Virus record (IMG/VR): IMGVR_UViG_3300002026_002465
Coordinates: 1 to 64,000 of that record
From: a virus
Direction: 5' to 3' (one strand)
Length of the DNA: 64,000 nucleotides
Numbering within the stretch: the first letter of the stretch is position 1; each line of letters starts with the position of its first letter. The notes beneath the pieces are model-generated. The model saw only the letters and a program-made list of their open reading frames with translations, ran no database searches and was not told where the DNA came from. Position numbers and translations under genes: made by a program. Shown piece after piece: positions 25,692-34,017 of this stretch.

Positions 25692-25991
25692 ATGAAAAGT
25701 ATTATTATTACTGGAAATAAAAAATCTCCTTCAAAAGAATTTTTTGTTGGTGAATATTATGAAATAGACATTGTTGTTGATTATTATAATAGAGAAAGTC
25801 ATTTAGTCAAATGTGTTGAAATAGAAGATAAAATTGTATTTCAAGATTTATTTACACAAAAATTATATCGTTCTCCTATCTCCCAATTTGATATTAAAAC
25901 AAAACATGCAACTAGTTTTTCAGACATGAATGATTCAAGAAGATATAATACAATTGATTGTGTTTTCAATGAGTATTTTACAAGGAGTTAA
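25692..25991 (+). CDS. Hypothetical protein
   Basis: 99-aa ORF. Confidence 0.55.
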   Translation: MKSIIITGNKKSPSKEFFVGEYYEIDIVVDYYNRESHLVKCVEIEDKIVFQDLFTQKLYRSPISQFDIKTKHATSFSDMNDSRRYNTIDCVFNEYFTRS

Positions 25992-25992
25992 T

Positions 25993-26157
25993 ATGTTGGT
26001 TAAAATTGAACATGATGAAAATGGTGAAGCATGCTTTACAATACCAGAAGAAATTATTAAAAAGTTTGATCTCCACCCTGGAGATGAAGTTCACTTTGTA
26101 GAAAGAGATGATGGTTCACTTGAAATGACATTTCCAAAAAATGCTCCTATAGTTTAA
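25993..26157 (+). CDS. AbrB/MazE/SpoVT-like DNA-binding protein; stop lies inside tRNA-Thr
   Basis: FTIPEEIIKKFDLHPGDEVHF pattern; AGGAG RBS. Confidence 0.7.
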   Translation: MLVKIEHDENGEACFTIPEEIIKKFDLHPGDEVHFVERDDGSLEMTFPKNAPIV

Positions 26158-26214
26158 CTGGTAAAACAACTGTCTCGTAAATAGTAAAAATCTGTTCAAT
26201 TCAGATTAGGAGCT
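26143..26214 (+). tRNA. trnT: tRNA-Thr(CGT)
   Basis: GCTCCTA/TAGGAGC; ACTGT-CTCGTAA-ATAGT. Confidence 0.85.
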
Positions 26215-26370
26215 GTGTGTTTGATAAATTGATAAAGAAATTTGATCTTTTTTTATGTGCTATTGGTATGCATGAACCATCAGAATTTAAAAATGAAGTA
26301 GAAAGTGGAAAGTGTCCTGTTTGTGGTAAAAAATTGGTAAAAGATTCACAAGGAAATTGGAGAGATTAAT

Positions 26371-26443
26371 GCGGTATTAACTCAGTTGGTAGAGTGTATC
26401 CTTGCCATGGATATTGTCAGGAGTTCGAATCTCCTATACCGCT
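26371..26443 (+). tRNA. trnG: tRNA-Gly(GCC)
   Basis: TATCC-TTGCCAT-GGATA. Confidence 0.9.
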
Positions 26444-26447
26444 TTAG

Positions 26448-26517
26448 GATGTGGTTGTTATAGTGCCTCTGACAAGGTTTATAACATGGCATCGTTTTAA
26501 ACAAGTTATTTGTCAGG
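26448..26517 (+). ncRNA. Candidate H-type pseudoknot RNA
   Basis: TGTTATA/TATAACA stem; loop CTGACAA pairs with downstream TTGTCAG. Confidence 0.35.
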
Positions 26518-26535
26518 ATAGATTGTTTAGAAAAG

Positions 26536-26585
26536 TCTTATAGTTTAATGGTAAATACACAGATGATTTTGGTTCAAATAAGATC
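26536..26585 (+). pseudogene. Degenerate tRNA remnant
   Basis: TAGTTTAATGGTAAA D-arm and GGTTCAAAT T-loop, anticodon arm missing. Confidence 0.4.
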
Positions 26586-26586
26586 A

Positions 26587-26615
26587 TTTAGAGAAGATTA
26601 TGAGTGTGGTATAAT
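26587..26615 (+). promoter_or_regulatory. Class 1 promoter TTTAGA-N17-TATAAT
   Basis: Upstream of tRNA-Leu(TAA). Confidence 0.7.
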
Positions 26616-26658
26616 AATTGTATAAAGGAAAAGCATATATAAATGTGTTAGATAACTT

Positions 26659-26740
26659 GTCAGGGTGCTGGAATTGGAATACAGGGTGGACTTAAAATCC
26701 ACTGCCTTAGGGATTGGGAGTTCAAGTCTCCTTCCTGACA
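26659..26740 (+). tRNA. trnL: tRNA-Leu(TAA), long variable arm
   Basis: GTGGA-CTTAAAA-TCCAC. Confidence 0.9.
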
Positions 26741-26933
26741 TATATGAAACATAAGAAAATTATTGTAGATTTTTGGTTTGAAAATTATTTTGATCCTGAT
26801 GTGGCAATTGGTACTCTTTGTGGAAATACTGGCATTATAGATACTATTGATAGTGCTATATCTCCAAAAGGAATAAAAGCAGGAAGAAAAAATTTTTGTA
26901 TATGTCCTAATGGAAGAGCAATGAAAGAGAAAT

Positions 26934-26961
26934 TTTAGAGTCTTGTATCTTATGGTATAAT
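26934..26961 (+). promoter_or_regulatory. Class 1 promoter TTTAGA-N16-TATAAT
   Basis: Upstream of 26971 ORF. Confidence 0.75.
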
Positions 26962-26970
26962 GGAAGTAAC

Positions 26971-27378
26971 ATGGAATTTGATAAAACTTTTACAGATGAA
27001 TTAAAAGAAGAAAGACTTAGAATAGTTAAAATTAAGACTGGATTTAAAAACGTTGTTAATGTTAATTATGTTGATAGTCATAAACAAATCACTCCATTTG
27101 GAACGAGATGGGGGAGAGGAGTTGTAGTTAAAGACAATAGTGGATATGATACTATTATTGGTTCTTTTTCTTCGTCTCACTCTGATTTGAAAAAGTCTAT
27201 GCAACCAGGTGAAACTACTGCAGGAACATTTTATTTTGGATATGATAGTTTGACAAAGACAATGTATTTAGAGTATGGTTCTGATAGAACATTTGATTTT
27301 AATGATAGAAAGATTATTGATGCCATTATGGATGGATTAAAAAATAGCAATACAGTATTTAAGAACTTTATCATTTAG
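26971..27378 (+). CDS. Hypothetical protein
   Basis: 135-aa ORF with own promoter. Confidence 0.65.
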   Translation: MEFDKTFTDELKEERLRIVKIKTGFKNVVNVNYVDSHKQITPFGTRWGRGVVVKDNSGYDTIIGSFSSSHSDLKKSMQPGETTAGTFYFGYDSLTKTMYLEYGSDRTFDFNDRKIIDAIMDGLKNSNTVFKNFII

Positions 27379-27402
27379 AGTCTGGTGTAAGTGTGGTATA
27401 AT
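27374..27402 (+). promoter_or_regulatory. Class 1 promoter TTTAGA-N17-TATAAT
   Basis: Upstream of tRNA-Arg. Confidence 0.7.
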
Positions 27403-27416
27403 TAAATAAAGAATAT

Positions 27417-27489
27417 GGTCGATTAGCTTAGAGGATAAAGCCTTGGATTTCTAATCCAATCATCGGGGGTTCGAGTCCCTCATCGATCA
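27417..27489 (+). tRNA. trnR: tRNA-Arg(TCT)
   Basis: TTGGA-TTTCTAA-TCCAA. Confidence 0.9.
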
Positions 27490-27533
27490 AAAAGAATCTA
27501 GTATTAGATTCTAATAGTTTACTAGGAGTAAAT

Positions 27534-27839
27534 ATGAAGATTGTATCGTCAAAGAATGGAAATGTGGTGTTTGAACATGTTGGTCGTAATGGAGAGGCCA
27601 AGAGTCTTTCTGTAAGGGTAGACAACGAAAGTCTCAAGTTTATCAAGAGTAATGCAAGCAGCATTCGCTATGATAGCACAAATGATGCTATCAGGTATGT
27701 AGGTAATGGGGTTCATACCTCACTTGCCAGGGCAATTTGCATGAACATCAACCCTGATCTTGATGCTGGCAAGAATATCCAGTTTGCTGATGGCAACAAG
27801 TTCAACCTCAAAACCAGCAACTTCGAAATCTCTGAATAA
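27534..27839 (+). CDS. Degenerate HNH-fold protein
   Basis: SLARAI...IQFADGNKFNLKTSNF matches the LHR.I...VDHIDGNK.NN..SNL HNH pattern but lacks catalytic His residues. Confidence 0.45.
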   Translation: MKIVSSKNGNVVFEHVGRNGEAKSLSVRVDNESLKFIKSNASSIRYDSTNDAIRYVGNGVHTSLARAICMNINPDLDAGKNIQFADGNKFNLKTSNFEISE

Positions 27840-27844
27840 TAATT

Positions 27845-27865
27845 TGGGGCTTCGGCCCCATATTT
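27845..27865 (+). terminator. Intrinsic terminator
   Basis: TGGGGC-TTCG-GCCCCA then TATTT. Confidence 0.6.
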
Positions 27866-27877
27866 GGGCCATTATTT

Positions 27878-27950
27878 GGGCCATTGGCGCAATGGTTAAC
27901 GCGGAGCGCTCATAACGCTAGGATTCGAGGTTCAAATCCTCGATGGCCCA
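27878..27950 (+). tRNA. tRNA(CAT), Met or Ile2-type
   Basis: GGGCCAT/ATGGCCC-A; loop CTCATAA; preceded by 12-nt tandem duplication TATTTGGGCCAT. Confidence 0.85.
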
Positions 27951-27963
27951 AGAAGGTAAAAAA

Positions 27964-28173
27964 ATGATTTATAAATTGACTGAATTAGGTAAAAAGAACG
28001 AAAAAGATATTATAAAAATAATTTCAACTAGTGGTCCTAGAAACTATTTAGTTGGAAATGATGATATAGAATTCAAGAATGGTTATGTTGAATTTGAAAT
28101 AATTCCACCTGCAGTTGATATTGTTGGAAGAATAAAAGAAAATTTGCTTGAAAAGGCATATATAGATGAGTGA
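27964..28173 (+). CDS. Hypothetical protein
   Basis: Downstream ATG of ORF 27943-28173 with AAGG RBS. Confidence 0.55.
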   Translation: MIYKLTELGKKNEKDIIKIISTSGPRNYLVGNDDIEFKNGYVEFEIIPPAVDIVGRIKENLLEKAYIDE

Positions 28174-28279
28174 AAGTTTTACAAAAATTCCTTGGTAAAA
28201 CTTAGACATGCATGAAAGTGTATAGTCAGGTGAAGCACTTTTAAAGAGTTTTCGGTGTATTAAAAACTCTTTTTCTTTT

Positions 28280-28351
28280 GCAACATTAGCTCAGAGGCAG
28301 AGCGGGGGATTTCCAATCCTCAGGTCAGGATTTCAAAATTCCTATGTTGCT
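28280..28351 (+). tRNA. trnG: tRNA-Gly(TCC)
   Basis: GCAACAT/ATGTTGC-U73; loop TTTCCAA; imperfect T-stem. Confidence 0.8.
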
Positions 28352-28428
28352 ATTCTGAAATTATTATAAATCAATCTTATTTTTAAGTTCGATTTACACT
28401 ATGCGCTTAATTTATCTAAGATAATTAT

Positions 28429-29268
28429 ATGGATAAAACATATATATGTAAAATTTGTGGAAAACAATTTAAAAATGGTCAAGCTTTTGGAGGTCATGTT
28501 GTTGTTCATTCTGAACAATGGATATCCTCAATGAATAAAGTTGCAAAGAAAAAAGTTTTACAAAGAAATATTATAGTTAAATCATGTGAAAAATGTGGAA
28601 CTAAATTTGAAGTAGAAAGAATAGTATCAAAAAATGGAATAGAGAATATTTCAAACAAAGAAAAGAGATTTTGCTCTAGAATATGTGCAAATGGTCATAA
28701 AGTTTCAGAAGAAACAAAAAAGAAAATATCAAATGGAAGTATGGGAAACACTTCTTGGAATAAAGGTTTTAATAAAGGCTTAGGCTTTAATAAAGGTTCA
28801 AGAATAAGTTGTATATCATGTGGAAAAGAAATTATAAAAAACATTTCACAAATGTGTTTTATTTGTTATAAAAAGAGTGGCCTACATTCATTAAAAATGA
28901 AAGGAAAAACAGGTGGCCTAAGACATGGCGGTGGGCATGGTAAAAACGGTTGGTATAAAGGTTATTGGTGCGATTCTTCTTGGGAACTTGCTTTTGTTAT
29001 TTATAATTTAGAAAATAATATTTCTTTTATAAGAAACAAAGAAGGTTTTGAATATACTTTTGAAGGAAAAACATATAAATACTATCCGGATTTTATTTTA
29101 GAAGATGGTTCATACGTAGAAATTAAAGGATATAAAACTAATCAAGTTCAAGCTAAAATTGATCAGTTTAAATATAAATTACAAATTTTAGAAAAGAAAG
29201 ATATGCAAGCATATATTAATTATGTAAAAGAAAAATATGGCGAAAACTATATTAAATTGTATGAATAA
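28429..29268 (+). CDS. Free-standing homing endonuclease-like protein (zinc fingers, NUMOD-like repeat, C-terminal PD-(D/E)XK nuclease)
   Basis: C2H2 finger CKICGKQF...H..VH, CSRICA, ETKKKIS, DSSWE...YYPDF...YVEIKGY. Confidence 0.8.
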   Translation: MDKTYICKICGKQFKNGQAFGGHVVVHSEQWISSMNKVAKKKVLQRNIIVKSCEKCGTKFEVERIVSKNGIENISNKEKRFCSRICANGHKVSEETKKKISNGSMGNTSWNKGFNKGLGFNKGSRISCISCGKEIIKNISQMCFICYKKSGLHSLKMKGKTGGLRHGGGHGKNGWYKGYWCDSSWELAFVIYNLENNISFIRNKEGFEYTFEGKTYKYYPDFILEDGSYVEIKGYKTNQVQAKIDQFKYKLQILEKKDMQAYINYVKEKYGENYIKLYE

Positions 29269-29278
29269 AGTTGGATAA

Positions 29279-29303
29279 GTGGGTTCGACTCCCATCTGGC
29301 GCT
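29279..29303 (+). pseudogene. 3'-half tRNA remnant (T-arm plus acceptor strand)
   Basis: GTGGG-TTCGACT-CCCAT-CTGGCGC-T with no matching 5' half. Confidence 0.55.
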
Positions 29304-29318
29304 AATTTTTAATAGGAG

Positions 29319-29678
29319 ATGAAGGTGATTGATAAAGATCTTTTCAAAAAAGAACACATCAATGTAAAAATTGGAAATCGTTTTGGAGATTATGATCAGG
29401 TTATTGATGAGTTTTTTTTCAAAAAGGTTAAAAAGTTGAAGGGTGAGATTTCATCTTCTGATGGAAGTGAGTATAAGCTTATTTCTAATAATGGGGATAA
29501 GTTTGTAATAGATTTTATATTGGCTGAAAGAGAGTTTGAATGTTTGAATGAAAAGATTGCTTCATTTGAAAGTGTAACGATTAGGTGTTATGGAAAGGTT
29601 AAGGAGTTAGATGGAGAGGATTATTTATCCATTGATGATATTGATGTAATTAATGAAACAAATTACGATTTGGAGTAA
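29319..29678 (+). CDS. Hypothetical protein
   Basis: AGGAG RBS, 119 aa. Confidence 0.65.
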   Translation: MKVIDKDLFKKEHINVKIGNRFGDYDQVIDEFFFKKVKKLKGEISSSDGSEYKLISNNGDKFVIDFILAEREFECLNEKIASFESVTIRCYGKVKELDGEDYLSIDDIDVINETNYDLE

Positions 29679-29729
29679 ATAATAAGCATATTTATTAGTA
29701 TATAAAACAGTTATTTAAAAAAAGAAAAT

Positions 29730-30600
29730 ATCGGGTGTTTATGCTCGTTAGAATAGTGTGTAGTGATATACATAAAGGGAAAAAGGAATGTGACTCCTCC
29801 CGCTGTAGAAATACAGTTCATGTAAACAAGCCAACTTTCCTATGATTTCACCTCCAAGTGGAATTTTTAGAGACATTAGATCATGGAAGTTTTCGAGGCC
29901 AACGGTGTAGAAAACGGTTATCGCAAGTAACACGTGATGTGCTAAACTAATTATCTATGAGAAAGAATGGTAGTTATTCGGTATGAGTCGTCGCTGACGA
30001 GTGCTGATTAGCAGTTTGATAGATTTGAGGGAAAACTTAGTCTTGAAAAACTACAAAGTAGGTTTGCCGCTGAAATGTATGCAAAGTGTTGTATTCTGTA
30101 TCTCAAAAGGATATGGAGCAACTGGTCAAGCACTTTGTGGTCACGATAATTAGCCAATTAAATTTGGCACTAGTATTTTTGGAATTAGTAATTAATGCAA
30201 AAGACTTGACCAGTAATAAGTGAAAGTGGCTTAACTCTAGACTTCGAAAGAAGAATCTAGAACACAAATGTTCGCAAGACAAATGTGTTTGATTGGAAGG
30301 TGCATGGAGGATCTTAGCGGATCTTAATTGCTCGCAAGGCAACCAGTAACTAGAATGTTGACTAGCTTGTTATGATGAGAGAAACGCCGCTCTCTAAAAA
30401 AGGCAGCCATGCTACTGAACATCCTTGAGGATGTGGATAAAAACTTAACCAAAGGTGTAGCAACCAGAGGGTACGAGTTTGAATGAAGTGGTATAGAGCA
30501 TGTAATCTCAGTGCTCTTAATTTAATTCTCCTTGAATAAGGAAGAATTTTTTATTGGTGATAATGGTTAAATGAGGTTCGATTCCTTTAATCACCATCAG
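29730..30600 (+). ncRNA. Large ornate structured RNA, GOLLD-like
   Basis: ~0.9 kb without a credible + strand ORF, GC-richer than flanks, many GNRA-capped hairpins and long-range stems; inside tRNA island; AAGCATAT motif upstream and terminator downstream; boundaries approximate. Confidence 0.65.
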
Positions 30601-30647
30601 CTAGGAATCTTTGAAATGCTTGGTTGTGCAGCCATTAAATACTTTTG

Positions 30648-30676
30648 TCTCCTATCACTGATAGGAGATTTTTTTT
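30648..30676 (+). terminator. Intrinsic terminator
   Basis: TCTCCTATC-ACT-GATAGGAGA then T-tract. Confidence 0.75.
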
Positions 30677-30697
30677 GCATACTTTACTCTAGAGGTT

Positions 30698-30910
30698 ATG
30701 ATGATAAATTATAGACTTAGTTTTAGAGGAAAAAAGACCAAGACTGCTTTGTTCAAAAATAGTTTATATAATTATATAAATAATGGGGTTACTAAGTTTT
30801 TTACTTATGATGGTGAGGTGTTAGAGTTTAGTGGTGAAAAAGAAGATTATGATAAAGTGGTGAAATTCGCAAATTATCATAATGGAGAGGTTGTTGAGGC
30901 AAAAGAATGA
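30698..30910 (+). CDS. Hypothetical protein
   Basis: GAGG RBS. Confidence 0.55.
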   Translation: MMINYRLSFRGKKTKTALFKNSLYNYINNGVTKFFTYDGEVLEFSGEKEDYDKVVKFANYHNGEVVEAKE

Positions 30911-31422
30911 TAAAATGGAAGAGGACTGGAAATAAAGAATATCCTAAAGAAGAACAAGAGTGTTTTATATATTTTTTTCATACTGGATTTGAAAAAAGTG
31001 TCTTCACAACTGAAAAAATAAAAGAGCTTGATTGTACAGTGACTTGTTTTTCAGGCTCTGGTGGATGGTTAGGAGATGAAGATGTTTTATGGATATCTAT
31101 AGAAGAATATGAAACCGGTGACATTCCAGAAATACCAATTTCATATTCTGAAGATAAATGTTTTATGAAATGGGATGACCCTAGATTAATTATTAAACAA
31201 GTAAAATTGAAAGAAGATTATTTACTTAGAATAAAAGAAATATCTTATGAAAAACAGTTTTACAAAGATCAGATTTTTGGTGTGGTGCAAGAATTAAATC
31301 TACAACAAAGCCAATTTTGGATAAAGGATTGTTTAACTCCTCTATCACAATGTATTTATTCTGAAGGACAGAATTTAGAACAAACATGGTTACCAACAGA
31401 ATTATGTGAGGTTGTTGAATAA
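30907..31422 (+). CDS. Hypothetical protein
   Basis: ATGA overlap, 171 aa. Confidence 0.65.
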   Translation: MIKWKRTGNKEYPKEEQECFIYFFHTGFEKSVFTTEKIKELDCTVTCFSGSGGWLGDEDVLWISIEEYETGDIPEIPISYSEDKCFMKWDDPRLIIKQVKLKEDYLLRIKEISYEKQFYKDQIFGVVQELNLQQSQFWIKDCLTPLSQCIYSEGQNLEQTWLPTELCEVVE

Positions 31423-31464
31423 AAGCATACAAATACCTTAATTTATTAAAGATAATTAAGGGGA

Positions 31465-31863
31465 ATGATGAAAAAAATTTTAATGATTGACGATAGTCCT
31501 TTTTTATATGCACAATTTAAAAATATTTTTTTAAAAGATTTTAACTTTGAGTATTTGCAGATTTTGGATCCTTTTAAAACACAAGAAACAATTGATGAAT
31601 ACAAACCTGATTTAATTATTTTAGATGTTAATTTTAATCTCCCTATAGATGGGTTAGAATTGGGTTTATTTATTAAAAAAAATTATGATATTCCAATAAT
31701 TTATTTTTCAGGAGTAGGTTTAGATACTGCAAAAGAAATTATTGATAAAGTTAATCCTGAATGTTTTATATTAAAGTTAAGTTATTCAGATGATCTTATT
31801 AAGATTATACTTTATAATATTATCAAAAAGGTTGAACGTGCTAAAAAAAATAATACTGATTGA
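31465..31863 (+). CDS. Stand-alone response regulator receiver domain
   Basis: ILMIDDS, PDLIILD, DGLEL, PIIYFSG, FILK. Confidence 0.88.
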   Translation: MMKKILMIDDSPFLYAQFKNIFLKDFNFEYLQILDPFKTQETIDEYKPDLIILDVNFNLPIDGLELGLFIKKNYDIPIIYFSGVGLDTAKEIIDKVNPECFILKLSYSDDLIKIILYNIIKKVERAKKNNTD

Positions 31864-32221
31864 TGGCAATATAACTACTAGAAAGACTACCAAACTTATA
31901 TTAACTTTACACGGTGGATTCGAAGTTATTGACTTTGCTAACATTGAAGATACTATTTCATATTTAAATAATAATAATAAAATAGACTTAATTGTTTCTG
32001 ATATTGAGTTTTCTGGTATTGATGTATTCCAATTTATAAAAGAAATAAAAGAAAAAGATATATATAAAAGCACACCTATACTTATTACTTCTAAAGATCA
32101 ACACTCTTTTGAGTTGCAGAATCTTTCTTTTGCAAGGCTTATTGATGGGTGGTTAATGAAACCTTTTGATGAAAAAGTATTGATGCTTTTAGTTAAAACA
32201 TATTTAGGTGGAGGTGTTTAA
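31790..32221 (+). CDS. Stand-alone response regulator receiver domain (true start ~31838)
   Basis: IDLIVSD, PILITS, GWLMKPFD; second acidic-pocket residue replaced (DG). Confidence 0.82.
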   Translation: MILLRLYFIILSKRLNVLKKIILIDGNITTRKTTKLILTLHGGFEVIDFANIEDTISYLNNNNKIDLIVSDIEFSGIDVFQFIKEIKEKDIYKSTPILITSKDQHSFELQNLSFARLIDGWLMKPFDEKVLMLLVKTYLGGGV

Positions 32222-32236
32222 GGTGTATAATATAAT

Positions 32237-32938
32237 ATGATTTATATAACAGGTGATACTCATGGTGATTTCTATAGATTTACAACAGATAATTTTCATG
32301 ATGGAAAAAATTTGACAAAAAATGATTATATGATAATAACTGGTGATTTTGGTGGAATTTGGGATGTAAATTTTTCAAAATCACAAGAAGATTATTGGTT
32401 AAATTGGTTAAATGACAGACCATGGACAACACTTTTTGTTGATGGAAACCATGAAAATTTTAATAGATTAGACAAGTATTCTACCTCTCCAATGTTTGGA
32501 GCTGAAGGTGGAAAAATTAAAGATTCAATTTTTCATCTTAAAAGAGGTCAGATTTATACAATAGAAGGATTAAAATTCTTTTCTTTTGGTGGTGGTTTTT
32601 CTATTGATAAAATAGAGAGGAAAACTGATATATCATGGTGGGAAAGAGAGATGCCATCTTACAAAGAGTATAATGATGGTCTTGCAAACTTGAAACTTGT
32701 TGATAACAAAGTAGATTATATTATAACACACACCTGCTCAATGAAGGCATTTTATGAAATGGCCAGCAAGTATGACATGACTCATAAGGTAATTGATGGT
32801 GAGACAGTTTTGAGAAAATACTTTAATGAGGTAGAGTATACAATTGAGTATAAAAAGTGGTATTGTGGTCATTTTCATATTCAAGATGTTTTTCAAAAAG
32901 TAGAGTTCTTGTATAAGAACATAGTAAAGATAGTTTAG
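32237..32938 (+). CDS. Calcineurin-like metallophosphoesterase
   Basis: GDTHG, GDFG, GNHE, THT, GHFH motifs. Confidence 0.92.
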   Translation: MIYITGDTHGDFYRFTTDNFHDGKNLTKNDYMIITGDFGGIWDVNFSKSQEDYWLNWLNDRPWTTLFVDGNHENFNRLDKYSTSPMFGAEGGKIKDSIFHLKRGQIYTIEGLKFFSFGGGFSIDKIERKTDISWWEREMPSYKEYNDGLANLKLVDNKVDYIITHTCSMKAFYEMASKYDMTHKVIDGETVLRKYFNEVEYTIEYKKWYCGHFHIQDVFQKVEFLYKNIVKIV

Positions 32939-33147
32939 GTAATTATGAGCATCAAAAAAGAAGTTATTAAGACACTTATGGAACAAGCTAGAAATGATAT
33001 TTCTTTAGGTAATATTGTTGAAATGAGTCAAAAAGAAGCTGATGATATGAATGACAAGTGTCTTAAAAAAGCTATTAAAAGACTAAAAATGCAATTGGAA
33101 AGCATATATAGATATACATAGTGCAACGCTATGTTTATCTCATCAGT

Positions 33148-33196
33148 TTCCCTTAGAGGGGTCATTAAATCCCACCTCGACTTACCTCTAAGGGAA
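33148..33196 (+). repeat. 12-bp perfect inverted repeat (hairpin, 25-nt loop)
   Basis: TTCCCTTAGAGG / CCTCTAAGGGAA in intergenic DNA. Confidence 0.6.
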
Positions 33197-33294
33197 CATT
33201 TTTTAAAAAGGAGGAATACATGCTGTAGACATTACCACCCTAATCTCAAAGTATTAATTCGACCAAAAAACAAATTAATATTAGGAGATAAATT

Positions 33295-33675
33295 ATGAAC
33301 GAAATGAAACGAGAAATCAAGTCCCTAGCTCAGGAAATCAAATCAACAAAATTACAGTTTAAAGCATCTCAGAGAGAAGTATCAAAAATATGGTTAGAGA
33401 ATAACTTTAATTCTAATACTTGGTATAACAAACCTGAGACATATCATTTAATTGAAAATTCACTTAGGTTAATGTGTTCAAAACAAAATGAAGTATATAA
33501 CTTGAAAAAAGAATACAGGTTAAAACACATTATTTATTCAATGCTTAGAGGAAAAACAATTTCTCAAATAGAGAATAAAACAAGTGATGACAAGTATCAA
33601 ACTATTCTTAGAACCAATCTATACAATGAAGTTAAAAAAATATTATTAAAGCTTGAAAAAGAGTGGTTAGAATAA
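33295..33675 (+). CDS. Hypothetical protein
   Basis: AGGAG RBS, 126 aa. Confidence 0.65.
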   Translation: MNEMKREIKSLAQEIKSTKLQFKASQREVSKIWLENNFNSNTWYNKPETYHLIENSLRLMCSKQNEVYNLKKEYRLKHIIYSMLRGKTISQIENKTSDDKYQTILRTNLYNEVKKILLKLEKEWLE

Positions 33676-33713
33676 GCATACATTATTATGTCCAGCAATG
33701 CTGGACATTATTT

Positions 33714-33784
33714 GCTTCTATAGCTTAAAGGTAAAGCAGGAGTCTCTAAAACTCTTTATCTCAGTTCGATTCTGAGTAGTAGCA
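33714..33784 (+). tRNA. Amber suppressor tRNA (anticodon CTA)
   Basis: GGAGT-CTCTAAA-ACTCT anticodon arm, standard D-arm, CTCAG-TTCGATT-CTGAG T-arm; one T.T acceptor mismatch; A73. Confidence 0.8.
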
Positions 33785-34017
33785 TATGAGTAAATCTTGT
33801 AGTGGTTGTAAACATTTAAGTGTCTATTCTTCAGGTAAGTTTTTCTGTGGTAATGCACAAAAAGCTTATGATTCTGGAGTTGAATTTTTTGGTGATAGTC
33901 CTGGTTTATTTCGAATAAACAAATTAACAGACGTGCATTGTTCAGTATATGAAAAATGATGATAAATATAATATTATTTAAAGATATTTTATATTAATAA
34001 AATGGAGGAATAATATT

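Noticed and set aside
27861-27884. 12-nt tandem duplication TATTTGGGCCAT at the tRNA(CAT) 5' end as an integration scar
   Set aside because: No integrase or second att copy; att sites usually duplicate tRNA 3' ends, so this is probably slippage or an assembly artefact.
28175-28275. SRP RNA-like TCAGGT..AGCA string and hairpins
   Set aside because: No GGAA-capped domain IV helix; the last hairpin looks like a terminator.
29748-30342. Short minus-strand ORFs within the large ncRNA region
   Set aside because: No RBS or motifs; the region's stems and tetraloops indicate a + strand RNA.
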